Assembly: GCA_963771465.1 (NCBI GenBank)
Contig: CAVYTU010000018.1
Span: forward strand, 96,001 to 160,000
Direction of reading: 5' to 3'
Length of the DNA stretch: 64,000 nt
Source of the DNA: an uncultured delta proteobacterium
Lineage (GTDB): Bacteria; Desulfobacterota; Binatia; UBA9968
A program made the position numbers and the translations under genes. The stretch's first letter is position 1; each line of letters opens with the position of its first letter. Below are positions 46,672 through 57,035 of this stretch, piece by piece. The notes under the pieces were generated by a model. It saw only the letters and a program-made list of their open reading frames with translations. It was not told where the DNA came from and searched no databases.

Positions 46672-49218
46672 ATGGCCGCACAGCTTTCCCATCGTTTGCC
46701 GACGACGGTTACACCGGAGCGTTATGCGATCCGGTTGACTCCGGATCTCACGACTTGGACGTTTACCGGCGAGGAACAAGTGACGATTCACATTCACCAG
46801 CCGGTAGGCATGATCGTGACTAATGCCGCGGAACTCGCGATCGATTCTGTGTCGATCAAGGATGCCAAGGGAAAACTGCTATCCGGCAACATTGCCTTGG
46901 ATCATGACCATGAACGAGCCTGTTTCAGTTTTCCGGCGGATTTGCCGGTTGGACGAAGCGAGTTGTCGATCAAGTTCAGCGGCATTTTGAACGACAAGCT
47001 GCACGGTTTTTATCGCAGTACTTACAAAGGGGCGGACGGCAAAGAGCAGCCGCTGGCGTCGACGCAATTCGAGTCGACCGACGCGCGCCGGGCATTTCCC
47101 TGTTGGGACGAGCCGGCGTTCAAAGCGGTCTACCAAGTGACTTTGGTGGTCGACGAAAAACTGACGGCGATTTCCAATGCCGGCGTGATTCGCGAGACGC
47201 CTTTGCCGGGAACCGGCAAAAAGGAAGTGGTGTTCGCCGACTCGATGAAAATGTCGACCTATCTGGTCGCCTTCATCGTCGGCGAGTTTGAAGCGACGGA
47301 GCCGGTGAGGGTCGGCAACACGCCGCTGCGCGTGTGGGCCGTGCCGGGGAAAAAGCGCTTGGCGAATTTCGCCGTCGATATCGGCAAGGCGTCGCTGGAA
47401 CATTTCGGCGCTTATTACGCCATTCCTTATCCCGGCGATAAGCTGGATTTGATCGCGATCCCTGATTTCGCTTCCGGCGCCATGGAAAATTTGGGCGCGA
47501 TCACTTTTCGCGAAACCGCCCTGCTGGTCGACGCGGCGAACGCCACGCGCGCGGAGCTTGAGCGCGTCGCCGACGTGGTGTCGCACGAGAACGCGCATAT
47601 GTGGTTCGGCGATCTGGTGACGATGCGCTGGTGGAACGGCTTGTGGCTGAATGAAGCCTTTGCGACATTTATGGAAATGCTCGCGGTCGATGCTTGGAAG
47701 CCGGAATGGCGGCGCTGGGATAGTTTTACCGTGTCGCGCGCGGCGGCGATGCAAGTGGACGGCCTCAAGAGCACGCGCCCCATCGAGTTTCCCGTCGAGA
47801 AGCCGGAAGAAGCGGCGGGCATGTTCGATGTGCTCACCTATGAGAAGGGCGCGTCGGTACTGCGCATGTTGGAGCAATATCTCGGCGCCGACGCGTTTCG
47901 CGACGGCATCCGCTTGTATCTCCAGCGCCATCAGTATGACAACGCCGAGACCACCGATTTGTGGGACGCCTTGGAAGACTCGACCAAGCAGCCGGTGCGG
48001 GCGCTGATGGATACCTGGATTTTTCAGCCGGGCTATCCGCTCATCAGCGTGATGAAAGAGGGCAAGACACTTGTGCTCTCCCAACAGATCTTTCGTTACA
48101 TTCAGGATGGGACGGATCTGGCGCGGCGCTGGCATGTGCCGATTTTTCTGCGCGTCGGCACGCGCGGCGGAACAGTCACTAAAACGCTGCTCATGACCGG
48201 TGCCGAGCAGCGCGTCGAGTTTTCTGATGACATCGAATCGGCGGTGGTGAACGCCGGCGGCCATGGTTTTTACCGTGTTCGTTACAGCGCCGAGCTTGCG
48301 ACGGCGCTGAAAGGTGGATTGGCCAAAACTCTTTCGGCGGTTGAACGCTTCGGCTTGATGAACGACGCCTGGGCGACAACGCTTGCCGGACCCACTTCGC
48401 TGACTGACTATCTCGATTTGATCGAGCTATTGCGCGACGAAGACGACGTCAATGTGTGGACCACCGTCATCGGTTCCAGCCACCATCTCGCGCGCATTCT
48501 CGACGACGGACAATGCGCCGAATTGGAAAAGCGGCTGCGCGCCTTGATCGCGCCGGCGGTGGCGCGCTTGGGCTGGACGGTCAAAGCGGGCGAAAGTGAA
48601 CTGGCGAGTCAGCTGCGCGGCGATTTGATCGGCGCCTTGGGAACGGTTGCCAACGACGAGCCGACACAAACGCGCGCGCAAGAATTATTCGCCGCTCACC
48701 AAAAGGGCACCGATGACGTCGACCGCAATCTGATTCCCGCCCTGGTAGCGATTGTGGCTCATACCGGCGGCAGCGACGACTACGAAATGTTTTCGCGCCG
48801 GTTTAAAACTGCCCAAACGCCGCAGGAAGAAACCCGCTATCTGTTCGCGCTGGGAAACTTTCGCGACCCGCAACTGATCGATCATACGCTGGATCTAACG
48901 ATCAATGGGGAAGTGCGCACGCAAAATTCTCCGTATTTGATGCGCGGCATTCTTTTGAACCGCCACGCGCGCGACAAAGCATGGGTGTTCATGAAATCAC
49001 ACTGGGAAGAGATGCTGCGGCAGTATCCGGACAACTCGATCCCCCGCATGTGCGAAGGCATCATTGGCTTGGTGACGAAGGAACTCGAAGCCGACGTGAA
49101 TAGTTTTTTTGCCAAGCATCCGGTCAAGCAGGGCAGCAAGCAAATGGAGCAACATCTCGAGCGACTGCACGTCGCGGTAGCCTGTAAGCAACGCTGGCAG
49201 AGCTCGTTGCGGGGATAA
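46672..49218 (+). CDS. pepN: M1-family aminopeptidase (PepN / puromycin-sensitive type) with ERAP1-like C-terminal domain
   Basis: TQFE..DARRAFPCWDEP, GAMEN, HENAH-x18-E, YEKGASVL; GAGGAG RBS before ATG at 46672. Confidence 0.95.
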   Translation: MAAQLSHRLPTTVTPERYAIRLTPDLTTWTFTGEEQVTIHIHQPVGMIVTNAAELAIDSVSIKDAKGKLLSGNIALDHDHERACFSFPADLPVGRSELSIKFSGILNDKLHGFYRSTYKGADGKEQPLASTQFESTDARRAFPCWDEPAFKAVYQVTLVVDEKLTAISNAGVIRETPLPGTGKKEVVFADSMKMSTYLVAFIVGEFEATEPVRVGNTPLRVWAVPGKKRLANFAVDIGKASLEHFGAYYAIPYPGDKLDLIAIPDFASGAMENLGAITFRETALLVDAANATRAELERVADVVSHENAHMWFGDLVTMRWWNGLWLNEAFATFMEMLAVDAWKPEWRRWDSFTVSRAAAMQVDGLKSTRPIEFPVEKPEEAAGMFDVLTYEKGASVLRMLEQYLGADAFRDGIRLYLQRHQYDNAETTDLWDALEDSTKQPVRALMDTWIFQPGYPLISVMKEGKTLVLSQQIFRYIQDGTDLARRWHVPIFLRVGTRGGTVTKTLLMTGAEQRVEFSDDIESAVVNAGGHGFYRVRYSAELATALKGGLAKTLSAVERFGLMNDAWATTLAGPTSLTDYLDLIELLRDEDDVNVWTTVIGSSHHLARILDDGQCAELEKRLRALIAPAVARLGWTVKAGESELASQLRGDLIGALGTVANDEPTQTRAQELFAAHQKGTDDVDRNLIPALVAIVAHTGGSDDYEMFSRRFKTAQTPQEETRYLFALGNFRDPQLIDHTLDLTINGEVRTQNSPYLMRGILLNRHARDKAWVFMKSHWEEMLRQYPDNSIPRMCEGIIGLVTKELEADVNSFFAKHPVKQGSKQMEQHLERLHVAVACKQRWQSSLRG

Positions 49219-49428
49219 TTCGCCCAGCTATGGTTCACGCGTCATCTCGGCGTTGTTTAAACACGAAGTAAAGCCAGGCTGCAATCGATACAAAGTTGTC
49301 ACATTCTTCTTGTCCTAGTAAGGCATGGATCTCAGCTCGCAACAGACGGAAGTTTTATTAAAATAGTTAAATTAGATCAGCGTGTTAACGGCTTTTATTC
49401 AACAGAAGAAAAATCTCGTATAATTCTC

Positions 49429-49460
49429 TTGACAAGGTTAGTGAGTAAATGCTAACTAAC
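49429..49460 (+). promoter_or_regulatory. Sigma-70 promoter overlapped by a palindromic TetR-type operator
   Basis: TTGACA at 49429-34; imperfect palindrome gttagtgagtaaatgctaactaac (49437-60) ends 8 nt before the tetR ATG; no SD sequence. Confidence 0.7.
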
Positions 49461-49468
49461 TATTCCTC

Positions 49469-50158
49469 ATGCGGAATATACCGAGGTTAACTGCGGAAGC
49501 GCGCAAGGAAGCGATCGTTGAGGCGGTGCAGGATATTTTCGCTGAAAAAGGTTTCGACGGCACGACGATTAAAGAGTTAGCGCAGGCAGCTGGGGTTTCG
49601 GAAGCGCTTTTATATAAACATTTTCCGAGCAAGGAATCACTCTACGCGGCGATGCTCGATGCCTGTTCCAAGGGCCCGACATTCGCGGAAGCGAGCCGCA
49701 TACTTGAGTTCGAAACGTCAACTTCCACGCTCGTGATGATGGCGCATTTCATGATCTCGCATTATGTGCTGGGTCGCATCGGTGACACCCATAGGGCGGC
49801 GCTCAATTCGCTTTTAGTACGCAGTTTGCTCGGCGATGGTGAACTGGTCAGATTGATGCATAAAAAGCTCGCTTCGGCGTGGGTCAAGAAATTCACGGCC
49901 TGTTTGCATGCGGCGGCCTCGGCCGGCGAGACGCATGAGACGCCGATCCGGCGCGATCTCGGTGTCTGGTTCGTCCAGCATGTGGCGTTTTCTTTGATGC
50001 TGCATTTGCGTCCGACGACGCCGGCGATCGATTATAAGGTTAGTCGGGAAGAGTTGGTGTCGCAGGCGACTTGGTTCGCGCTCTTGGGACTGGGGTTAAA
50101 AGAGGACGCGGTAAAGCGCTACTACAGTCCGAAAGCGTTGCAGCTTTTGGCCAGTTGA
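49469..50158 (+). CDS. TetR/AcrR-family transcriptional regulator
   Basis: FAEKGFDGTTIKELAQAAGVSEALLYKHFPSKESLY HTH. Confidence 0.95.
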   Translation: MRNIPRLTAEARKEAIVEAVQDIFAEKGFDGTTIKELAQAAGVSEALLYKHFPSKESLYAAMLDACSKGPTFAEASRILEFETSTSTLVMMAHFMISHYVLGRIGDTHRAALNSLLVRSLLGDGELVRLMHKKLASAWVKKFTACLHAAASAGETHETPIRRDLGVWFVQHVAFSLMLHLRPTTPAIDYKVSREELVSQATWFALLGLGLKEDAVKRYYSPKALQLLAS

Positions 50159-50211
50159 AAAGTGGCAATTAAAATTTAAACTTTTCTTTTTATCCAAAGG
50201 GGAGGGGTAAA

Positions 50212-50640
50212 ATGGAACTTAAGGAAAACACGAATAATAATACCGGCACACGCACCGCCGGAATGGATGAGCGGATCGGTTCGCTGTTTCAACCCGACAC
50301 CCTGCTCGCCGAGGACTATGCGGCGAACTTCCGCCGCAAGATTCCGCTTGAACCGGAGCGCACGCTGCTGTTGGCGGTATTGGAAGACGGCATCCGTTGC
50401 TTTCAAGAAAATCTCTTTGCGGTTAACGGCAAACGGCGTGGGTTGTTCGATGAGGCCAAGGATTGGCTGTTTAGCGACGACGCGAATTGGTTTTGCTCGT
50501 TCGTATCCATCTGCACGTTGCTCAACTTGGAGCCCAGCTATATTCGCCGTGGCCTAAGAGAATGGGAAGCGCTCGAGCGCAGAGCTATGCGTAAGAAGGC
50601 GCAGGGCGCTCTCGCCGTTGAACAACGTCTGGTCGCCTGA
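50212..50640 (+). CDS. Conserved-looking hypothetical helical protein
   Basis: GGAGG RBS; PE..LLLAVLEDGI...F.EA..W......SFVSIC.LL.LEP.YIRRGL. Confidence 0.75.
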   Translation: MELKENTNNNTGTRTAGMDERIGSLFQPDTLLAEDYAANFRRKIPLEPERTLLLAVLEDGIRCFQENLFAVNGKRRGLFDEAKDWLFSDDANWFCSFVSICTLLNLEPSYIRRGLREWEALERRAMRKKAQGALAVEQRLVA

Positions 50641-50642
50641 AT

Positions 50643-51824
50643 GTGTTCTCTCAGGTAAAACTGATTCCCGTGACTTGGCATACGGCGGCGACCGTTAGGT
50701 TCGCCGCCGTATGCGTTTGTGCGGCACTCATTGCGGGTTGCGGCAAGAAGGAACCGGCGAACTTCGAGCGCCCGCCCGCGCCGGTGACGGCGACGCCGGC
50801 AACCAGCCAGGACGTGCCGCTCTATATCGATGCCGTGGGTAAAATCGTCGCCCGCGAAGTGGTGTCGATCCAGCCGCAAGTTTCCGGGCGCATCACGCAA
50901 ATCCATTTCACCGACGGCGCCGATTTAAAAGTCGGCAACTTGCTTTTTACCATCGACCCGCGGCCGTACCAAGCTCAACTCCAGCAAGCCGAAGCCAACG
51001 TAGCTCAAGCCGAAGCGGGATTGAGTTTAGCGAAAATAACATTCGCGCGGGTCGAAAACGTCAGCGATCCGAGAGCGGTTTCACGGCAAGAATATGACAC
51101 CAAGAAGAGCGCCGTGGAATCCGCTGAAGCGACGGTCAAACAAAACCGCGCCGCGCTGGCGAGCGCGCGCATCAATCTCGATTACTGCACGATTCGCTCA
51201 CCGATCACCGGCCGGGCCGGCCAGCGCGCGGTCGATGTCGGCAACGTGGTGGCGGCCACTAGCGGCTCGTTGCTGGTGATCCAGCGTTTGGATCCGATAT
51301 ACGCCGACTTCACCGTCACTGAGAGCGAGCTGACCGCAGTGCAGCGCAACATGGCGCAGCGCGGCTTGCGCGTCGAAGTGCGCTTGCCTGACGACAGTGC
51401 TGGCGCGCGCGAAGGCAAACTCACTTTTCTCGACAACTCGATTCAAGAGGGCAGCGGCACGGTGAAGCTGCGGGCGACGCTGGCCAACGGCGACCGGCGC
51501 TTTTGGCCCGGCCGTTTCGCAAAAATTCGCCTGGTTCTTGCAACCCAGCGGGATGCGGTGCTGGTTCCCGCCGAGGCGCCGCAAGTGTCGGCTAAAGGCT
51601 CATTCGTTTTCATCGTCAAAAACGATTCGTCGGCGGAACTCCGCCCGGTGAAACTCGGACAGCGCCATGACGACTTGATTGTCGTCGAAGAGGGCGTCAA
51701 AGCCGGTGAACGAGTGATTGTCAAAGGGCAGCTCGGCGTCACGCCGGGAGGCAAGGTGCGCGTCACAGAGCCGGCCTCCAGCGGCGCGGCGCCGCCACCG
51801 GCCAAGGCCGGAGACAAGCGGTGA
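50643..51824 (+). CDS. RND efflux membrane fusion protein (MdtA-like)
   Basis: Lipobox LIAGC; IQPQVSGRI, IDPRPY, IRSPITGRAG. Confidence 0.92.
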   Translation: MFSQVKLIPVTWHTAATVRFAAVCVCAALIAGCGKKEPANFERPPAPVTATPATSQDVPLYIDAVGKIVAREVVSIQPQVSGRITQIHFTDGADLKVGNLLFTIDPRPYQAQLQQAEANVAQAEAGLSLAKITFARVENVSDPRAVSRQEYDTKKSAVESAEATVKQNRAALASARINLDYCTIRSPITGRAGQRAVDVGNVVAATSGSLLVIQRLDPIYADFTVTESELTAVQRNMAQRGLRVEVRLPDDSAGAREGKLTFLDNSIQEGSGTVKLRATLANGDRRFWPGRFAKIRLVLATQRDAVLVPAEAPQVSAKGSFVFIVKNDSSAELRPVKLGQRHDDLIVVEEGVKAGERVIVKGQLGVTPGGKVRVTEPASSGAAPPPAKAGDKR

Positions 51825-54800
51825 ATTTTTCCGAACCGTTCATTCGCCGTCCGGTGCTGACCGCGGTGATGACCGCGTCAGTGATTGTGTTCGGCGTGCT
51901 GAGCTATTTACGCCTACCGGTCAATGACCTGCCGGCGGTGGATTATCCGGTCATCCAGGTGCAAGCGGATTATCCCGGCGCCAGCCCCGAGACCGTGGCA
52001 AACAATATCGCCACACCGCTCGAACGCCAATTTATGCAGATCAATGGATTGGAGTTGGTGACTTCCAAGAGCACTCAAGGGCACACGAGCATAACGCTCC
52101 AGTTTGCTCTCAGCAAAAGCATCGATGCCGCCGCCACCGATGTGCAAACCGCGATCTCACAGGCGACCGGCAGCCTGCCGGTGGATTTGCCTTCGCCGCC
52201 GACTTTCTCCAAGACCAATCCTAATGATCAACCGATTATGTACATCGCGCTCACCAGCGACTCGGTGACGCGCGGCCAGCTGTACGACTACGGCAGCACC
52301 CAGATCGGCCAACGCATCAGCATTCTGGCCGGCGTCTCGCGGGTGTCGGTGTTCGGCACCAAGTCGGCCATTCGCATCAAGGCCGACCCCGCCGCCATGT
52401 GGGCGCGCGACATCGCCATCGATGAACTAGCCACGGCGATTAGGAATGGCACGAGCTATACCGGCGCCGGGCAGTTCGACGCCGCCAGTGGGACGGCGCT
52501 GCTCAGACCGCAGGGACAGCTCGACAGTGCCACGGCTTATAGCGATTTGATCGTCGGCACGCGCAACGGTGCGCCGATTTACCTGCGCGACGTCGCGCAA
52601 GTTTACGACTCGGTGCAGGACGAGCGCTTGAGCATGCGCTTCTGGGCGCGCGGCTATCCCGTACCGGGCGCCACAGTCGTGATGGCGGTCTACCGTCAAG
52701 CCGGCGCCAACGCCGTCGAAGTCGCCGACCGTATTAGCGCGCTGTTGCCGGTGATCGGCTCGGAGCTGCCCGGATCGATTCGCATCACGCCGCTTTACGA
52801 CCGCTCGCGCGGCATCGTCAAATCCGTCCGTGACGTTCAAGAGACGCTGGCGATCGCCTTCGTGCTAGTCGTGCTGGTGATTTTCCTATTTCTTGGCCGG
52901 GCCACCGACACGCTGATTCCCGCCGTGGCGTTGCCGATTTCCTTGCTGCTGACATTCATCGCCATGCAGCTGCTGGGTTACAGCTTGGACAACCTTTCGT
53001 TGATGGCGCTCACTTTGGCCATCGGGTTTCTCGTTGACGACGCCATCGTCTTTCTCGAAAATACCGTGCGCCGCATGGAGCATGGCGAGAACGCCTTCGA
53101 GGCGACGCTCCATAGCGCCAAGGAAATCAGTTTCACTATTCTATCGATGACGGTCTCCTTGGCGGCGGTGTTCATTCCGCTGGTGTTCATGCCCGGTTTA
53201 GTCGGGCGCATCTTCCGCGAATTTGCCATTACAATAGTTGTCGCGATCATGGCTTCTGGACTGGTTTCGCTGACACTCACGCCGCTGATGTGCGCGCGTC
53301 TGCTCAAGGAACGAGGCGAAGGGATCAAACGCAGCTGGGTGGAACGCGTCATCGGCGGCATTGAGCGGCGCGTGCTCGGCTCCTACGGTCGATCGCTCAA
53401 CTGGTTTATCGAACGGCGCTGGATCTCTGCGCTGACTTGGCTGATTTGCCTGGCCGGCACCGTGTGGTTTTTTCTCGTCGTGCCGAAAGCGTTTTTACCG
53501 CCGGGAGACAGCAGCGTGGTCACCGGTATTTTCATCGGCCGCGAAGGTTCGTCCCCCGAGCAAATGCGCGCGATCCAAGCCCAAGTCGACGCCGTTCTTC
53601 TGGAGAATCCCAATGTCCTGGCCACCATCGAAGTTACTGGCCTCAGCCAATTTATCGCTTCGAATCAGGGAATTATTTTTACTTTTCTAAAACCGCCGGC
53701 GGGCCGGCCGCCGATCCAGCAGGAGGTCGCCAAGCTGATGGGCAGCCTGGGCTCGATCCCCGGGGTAATGGCATTCTTGCGGCCGTTTCCCGTGCTCGAG
53801 ATCAGCACCGGCGCCACCAGTCAAAATCAGGGACAATATGCTTTTTCTGTCTCCGGCGTGAACCCTGGGCAAGTCTACGACGCCGGCGCCAAGCTGTTGG
53901 CGAAAATGCGCGAGTATCCAGGATTTCTCACCGTGTCATCGGACTTTTTCAACGACACGCCGAACCTCGACATTGAACTGCGCCGCGAGCAAGCCAAAAG
54001 CTACGGTGTTTCCGAGACGCGCATCCTATCACTGCTGCGTAGCGCCTATGCGCAGAACTATGTTTATCTGATCAAGAAGCCGGCGGATCAATACCAAGTC
54101 ATTCTGGAAGTTGCCGATGCGGCGCGCTCCCAGCCGGATAATCTCGCTGAACTTTACATCCGCTCCGACGACGGCAAGCGTTTGGTGCCGCTCGAGGCGC
54201 TGGTCACGTGGAAGGCTGCGATCGGACCGCAGGCGGTCAATCACCTCAACCAATTCAACGCCGTGACGTTGTCCTTTAACCTAAAACCCGGCGTCGCCAT
54301 CGGCGATGCGACCGATTTCGTCACCAAGGCGGCCGCCGAGATCGTGCCGCCGACTTTGCGCGCGAGCCTACAAGGCGAAGCCTTGACGTTCCGTGACACG
54401 GTGCGCGATTTGACGCTGCTGATGCTGCTGGCGGTTTTCGTCATGTACGTGATCCTGGCGATGCTTTACGACAGTTATCTTCATCCGTTGACAGTCTTGT
54501 CGACGCTGCCGCCGGCGCTGGTCGGCGGCTTGGCGACGCTCTATCTATTCGGCGAGCAGGCGTCGCTCTACGCCTTTGTCGGCATGTTCATGCTCATGGG
54601 CATCGTCAAGAAAAACGGCATCATGATCGTCGACTTCGCCATGCAACGCGTCGATTTGGGCGAAGCGGCGCCAAAGGCGATTCACGACGCCAGCATGGAC
54701 CGCTTCAGGCCGATCCTCATGACCACCTTGGCCGCGGTGTTTGGCGCGCTGCCGATCGCGCTCGGTTACGGCGCGGATGGCGCGTCGCGCCGTCCGCTCG

Positions 54801-54985
54801 GTCTGGTGATCGTCGGCGGACTCGTCGTATCCCAATTCATCACCTTGTTTATCACGCCGGTGATCTATCTATACTTCGAAGACTTCCAAGAAAAATTTTT
54901 AGACCGCACGTCATTTTTCCGCTCGACGCGGACCGCGGCAGCGCAGCAGTTAGTCACAAGAGATGATTCGGATGCGAAGATTTAG
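51821..54985 (+). CDS. RND efflux permease (MdtB/MdtC-like)
   Basis: FIRRPV, GFLVDDAIV, GIVKKNGIM, RFRPILMTT. Confidence 0.95.
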   Translation: MNFSEPFIRRPVLTAVMTASVIVFGVLSYLRLPVNDLPAVDYPVIQVQADYPGASPETVANNIATPLERQFMQINGLELVTSKSTQGHTSITLQFALSKSIDAAATDVQTAISQATGSLPVDLPSPPTFSKTNPNDQPIMYIALTSDSVTRGQLYDYGSTQIGQRISILAGVSRVSVFGTKSAIRIKADPAAMWARDIAIDELATAIRNGTSYTGAGQFDAASGTALLRPQGQLDSATAYSDLIVGTRNGAPIYLRDVAQVYDSVQDERLSMRFWARGYPVPGATVVMAVYRQAGANAVEVADRISALLPVIGSELPGSIRITPLYDRSRGIVKSVRDVQETLAIAFVLVVLVIFLFLGRATDTLIPAVALPISLLLTFIAMQLLGYSLDNLSLMALTLAIGFLVDDAIVFLENTVRRMEHGENAFEATLHSAKEISFTILSMTVSLAAVFIPLVFMPGLVGRIFREFAITIVVAIMASGLVSLTLTPLMCARLLKERGEGIKRSWVERVIGGIERRVLGSYGRSLNWFIERRWISALTWLICLAGTVWFFLVVPKAFLPPGDSSVVTGIFIGREGSSPEQMRAIQAQVDAVLLENPNVLATIEVTGLSQFIASNQGIIFTFLKPPAGRPPIQQEVAKLMGSLGSIPGVMAFLRPFPVLEISTGATSQNQGQYAFSVSGVNPGQVYDAGAKLLAKMREYPGFLTVSSDFFNDTPNLDIELRREQAKSYGVSETRILSLLRSAYAQNYVYLIKKPADQYQVILEVADAARSQPDNLAELYIRSDDGKRLVPLEALVTWKAAIGPQAVNHLNQFNAVTLSFNLKPGVAIGDATDFVTKAAAEIVPPTLRASLQGEALTFRDTVRDLTLLMLLAVFVMYVILAMLYDSYLHPLTVLSTLPPALVGGLATLYLFGEQASLYAFVGMFMLMGIVKKNGIMIVDFAMQRVDLGEAAPKAIHDASMDRFRPILMTTLAAVFGALPIALGYGADGASRRPLGLVIVGGLVVSQFITLFITPVIYLYFEDFQEKFLDRTSFFRSTRTAAAQQLVTRDDSDAKI

Positions 54986-55048
54986 CCGCAAAGGGCGCAA
55001 AGTACGCAAAGAAAATTCATGATTCCGGATTTGGCGTTTGGGCGCGAG
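54985..55048. repeat. 9-bp periodic element (CGCAAAGGG type) between RND permease and OMF genes
   Basis: gccgcaaagggcgcaaagtacgcaaag, with a degenerate inverted arm tttggcgtttgggcgcgag. Confidence 0.65.
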
Positions 55049-55070
55049 TGTTGAATATGAGTTTTGACTA

Positions 55071-56510
55071 ATGGTCGACCCGTTGAGAATAAAAATGCGC
55101 GGATTGTTGGCCGGATTCTTTCTACTTATGGTTGGTTGTTCGGTTGGACCGGATTATCAGGCGCCCAAATCCGTCATGCCACAAGCTTGGCTCGAAGGGG
55201 CGAATGTCGAGATCGATGCGCAACCGGCGGAGTTGGCGCGCTGGTGGGGCGAGTTTAACGATCCGTTGCTCGATTCGCTGATCGAGCGCGCGGCCAAATC
55301 AAACCTAGATATCGCCCTTGCCGAAGCGCGTGTGCGTGAGGCGCGCGCATTGCTCGGAGTGACCAGTGCGGGGGCATGGCCGACGGTCAATGTAAGCGAT
55401 TCCTACGAGCGCATCCGCACCAGCGAAAATGCTTTTGCGGCGGGGAGTTTGGCGCCACAAGGGGGCGGCAATCTGGAACAAAATCTGTTTAGGACTGGTT
55501 TTGACTCGAATTGGGAAATCGATCTTTTCGGCGCGACACGCCGGCGTGTCGAGGCGGCGCAAGCCGGCGTCGATACCGCAGTCGAAGACCGCCGCGCGGT
55601 GCTGGTAACGCTGCTCGGCGACGTGGCCAAGAACTACATCGATCTGCGCGGTTTTCAGCGTCGGCTGGCGGTCGCGCAAGCGACCTTACAGGCGCAACAA
55701 GAAACCGCGCGCCTGACCAAAATCCGTTTCGACGCCGGGCTCGCGAACGATCTCGACGCGACGCAAGCGGAAGGCTTGTCGCAGCAAACCGCGGCGCAAA
55801 TTCCCGCGCTCGAAAGCGCATTGAAACAAACCGCATACCGTTTGGATTTGCTTCTTGGTCGCCAGCCCGGCGCGTTGGCCAATGAATTAACACTGGATGC
55901 GCCGATCCCCGCGCTGCCGCCCACGGCCCATGTGGGTTTGCCTGCGGAGTTGCTCCGACGGCGGCCGGACATTCGCCGCGCGGAGCGGCAGTTGGCGGCG
56001 GCGACGGCAGAGGTTGGCGCGGCGACCGCCGATCTCTATCCGCAGTTGTCATTAACCGGCACATTTGGCTTGCTGAGCGTCAGCGCCAGTGATTGGTTCA
56101 CCGGACGAAGCCGTTTCTGGTCCATCGGTCCGACGATTTCCTGGCCCATTTTTGACGCCGGTAAGATTCGCGCCAACATCGAAGTGCGCAATGCCCAGCA
56201 AGAACAGGCGCTGCGCAACTATGAAAAATCGGTTCTGACCGCGCTTGGGGACGTCGAGAGCGCGCTGGTGAATTACGCTAAGGAACAATCGCGTTATCGT
56301 TCCTTGCTTGACGCGACCGTGGCCAATCGCCGCGCTGTTCAACTGGCCAATGACCTTTATCGCCAAGGCCTGGTGGCTTTTCTCAATGTGCTCGACGCCG
56401 AACGCACGCTCTATGTTACGGAAAACGATCTCGCCCAGAGCGAAGCCAATATGGCATCCAACCTAGTGGTGTTGTATAAAGCTCTCGGCGGCGGTTGGGA
56501 TACCCGGTAA
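55071..56510 (+). CDS. Efflux outer-membrane factor lipoprotein (NodT/OprM family)
   Basis: Lipobox VGC-SVGPDY, WW..FNDP.L, WEIDLFG, RRPDIR.AE, LYKALGGGW. Confidence 0.93.
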   Translation: MVDPLRIKMRGLLAGFFLLMVGCSVGPDYQAPKSVMPQAWLEGANVEIDAQPAELARWWGEFNDPLLDSLIERAAKSNLDIALAEARVREARALLGVTSAGAWPTVNVSDSYERIRTSENAFAAGSLAPQGGGNLEQNLFRTGFDSNWEIDLFGATRRRVEAAQAGVDTAVEDRRAVLVTLLGDVAKNYIDLRGFQRRLAVAQATLQAQQETARLTKIRFDAGLANDLDATQAEGLSQQTAAQIPALESALKQTAYRLDLLLGRQPGALANELTLDAPIPALPPTAHVGLPAELLRRRPDIRRAERQLAAATAEVGAATADLYPQLSLTGTFGLLSVSASDWFTGRSRFWSIGPTISWPIFDAGKIRANIEVRNAQQEQALRNYEKSVLTALGDVESALVNYAKEQSRYRSLLDATVANRRAVQLANDLYRQGLVAFLNVLDAERTLYVTENDLAQSEANMASNLVVLYKALGGGWDTR

Positions 56511-56542
56511 AACTCGCGGCCTTGCCAAAGGAGTCCAAAGCC

Positions 56543-56942
56543 ATGGAAAAACTTCTCGCCGGCTATGGTCCGCAAGCCTATGCGGCCATGCGCATCGTCA
56601 TTGGCCTGCTGTTCTTTTGCCACGGGTTACAAAAAGTTTTTGGTTTGTTCGGCGGCGTCAACGGCGCAGCGGCGCCGCTGCTGTCGCTATTCGGTATTGC
56701 CGGTCTCATCGAAGCTGATTGCCGGCGCTTTAATCACCGTCGGTTGGTTTGCCGCCACGGCTGCGTTTATCGCCAGCGGAGAGATGGCGGCGGCGTACTT
56801 TATCGCTCATTTCCCTAAGAGTTTTTGGCCCATTCAAAACGGCGGCGAGGAAGCGGTTTTCTACTGCTTTGTCTTTTTCTACATGGCGACCCGCGCCGCG
56901 GGCATATGGAGCATCGACGGCGCATCAAAGCGAATCGGCTGA
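56543..56942 (+). CDS. DoxX-family membrane protein; +1 frameshift near 56714
   Basis: RIVIGLLFFCHGLQKVFG...GLIE / LIAGALITVG...AFIASGEMAAAYF...NGGE...G.WSID. Confidence 0.87.
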
Positions 56943-57035
56943 CGGCGCTTGCCGCGGCCGGCGCTTTGAATTATGTAATTGATATTACCGGGAACCTTCC
57001 GCCTCCCTAGCGCAGCTACTATAAGGAGATCAGCG

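Noticed and set aside
49219-49428. Riboswitch or ncRNA in the AT-rich intergenic region
   Set aside because: No recognisable conserved aptamer motif or stable multi-stem structure by eye; an Rfam scan would be needed.
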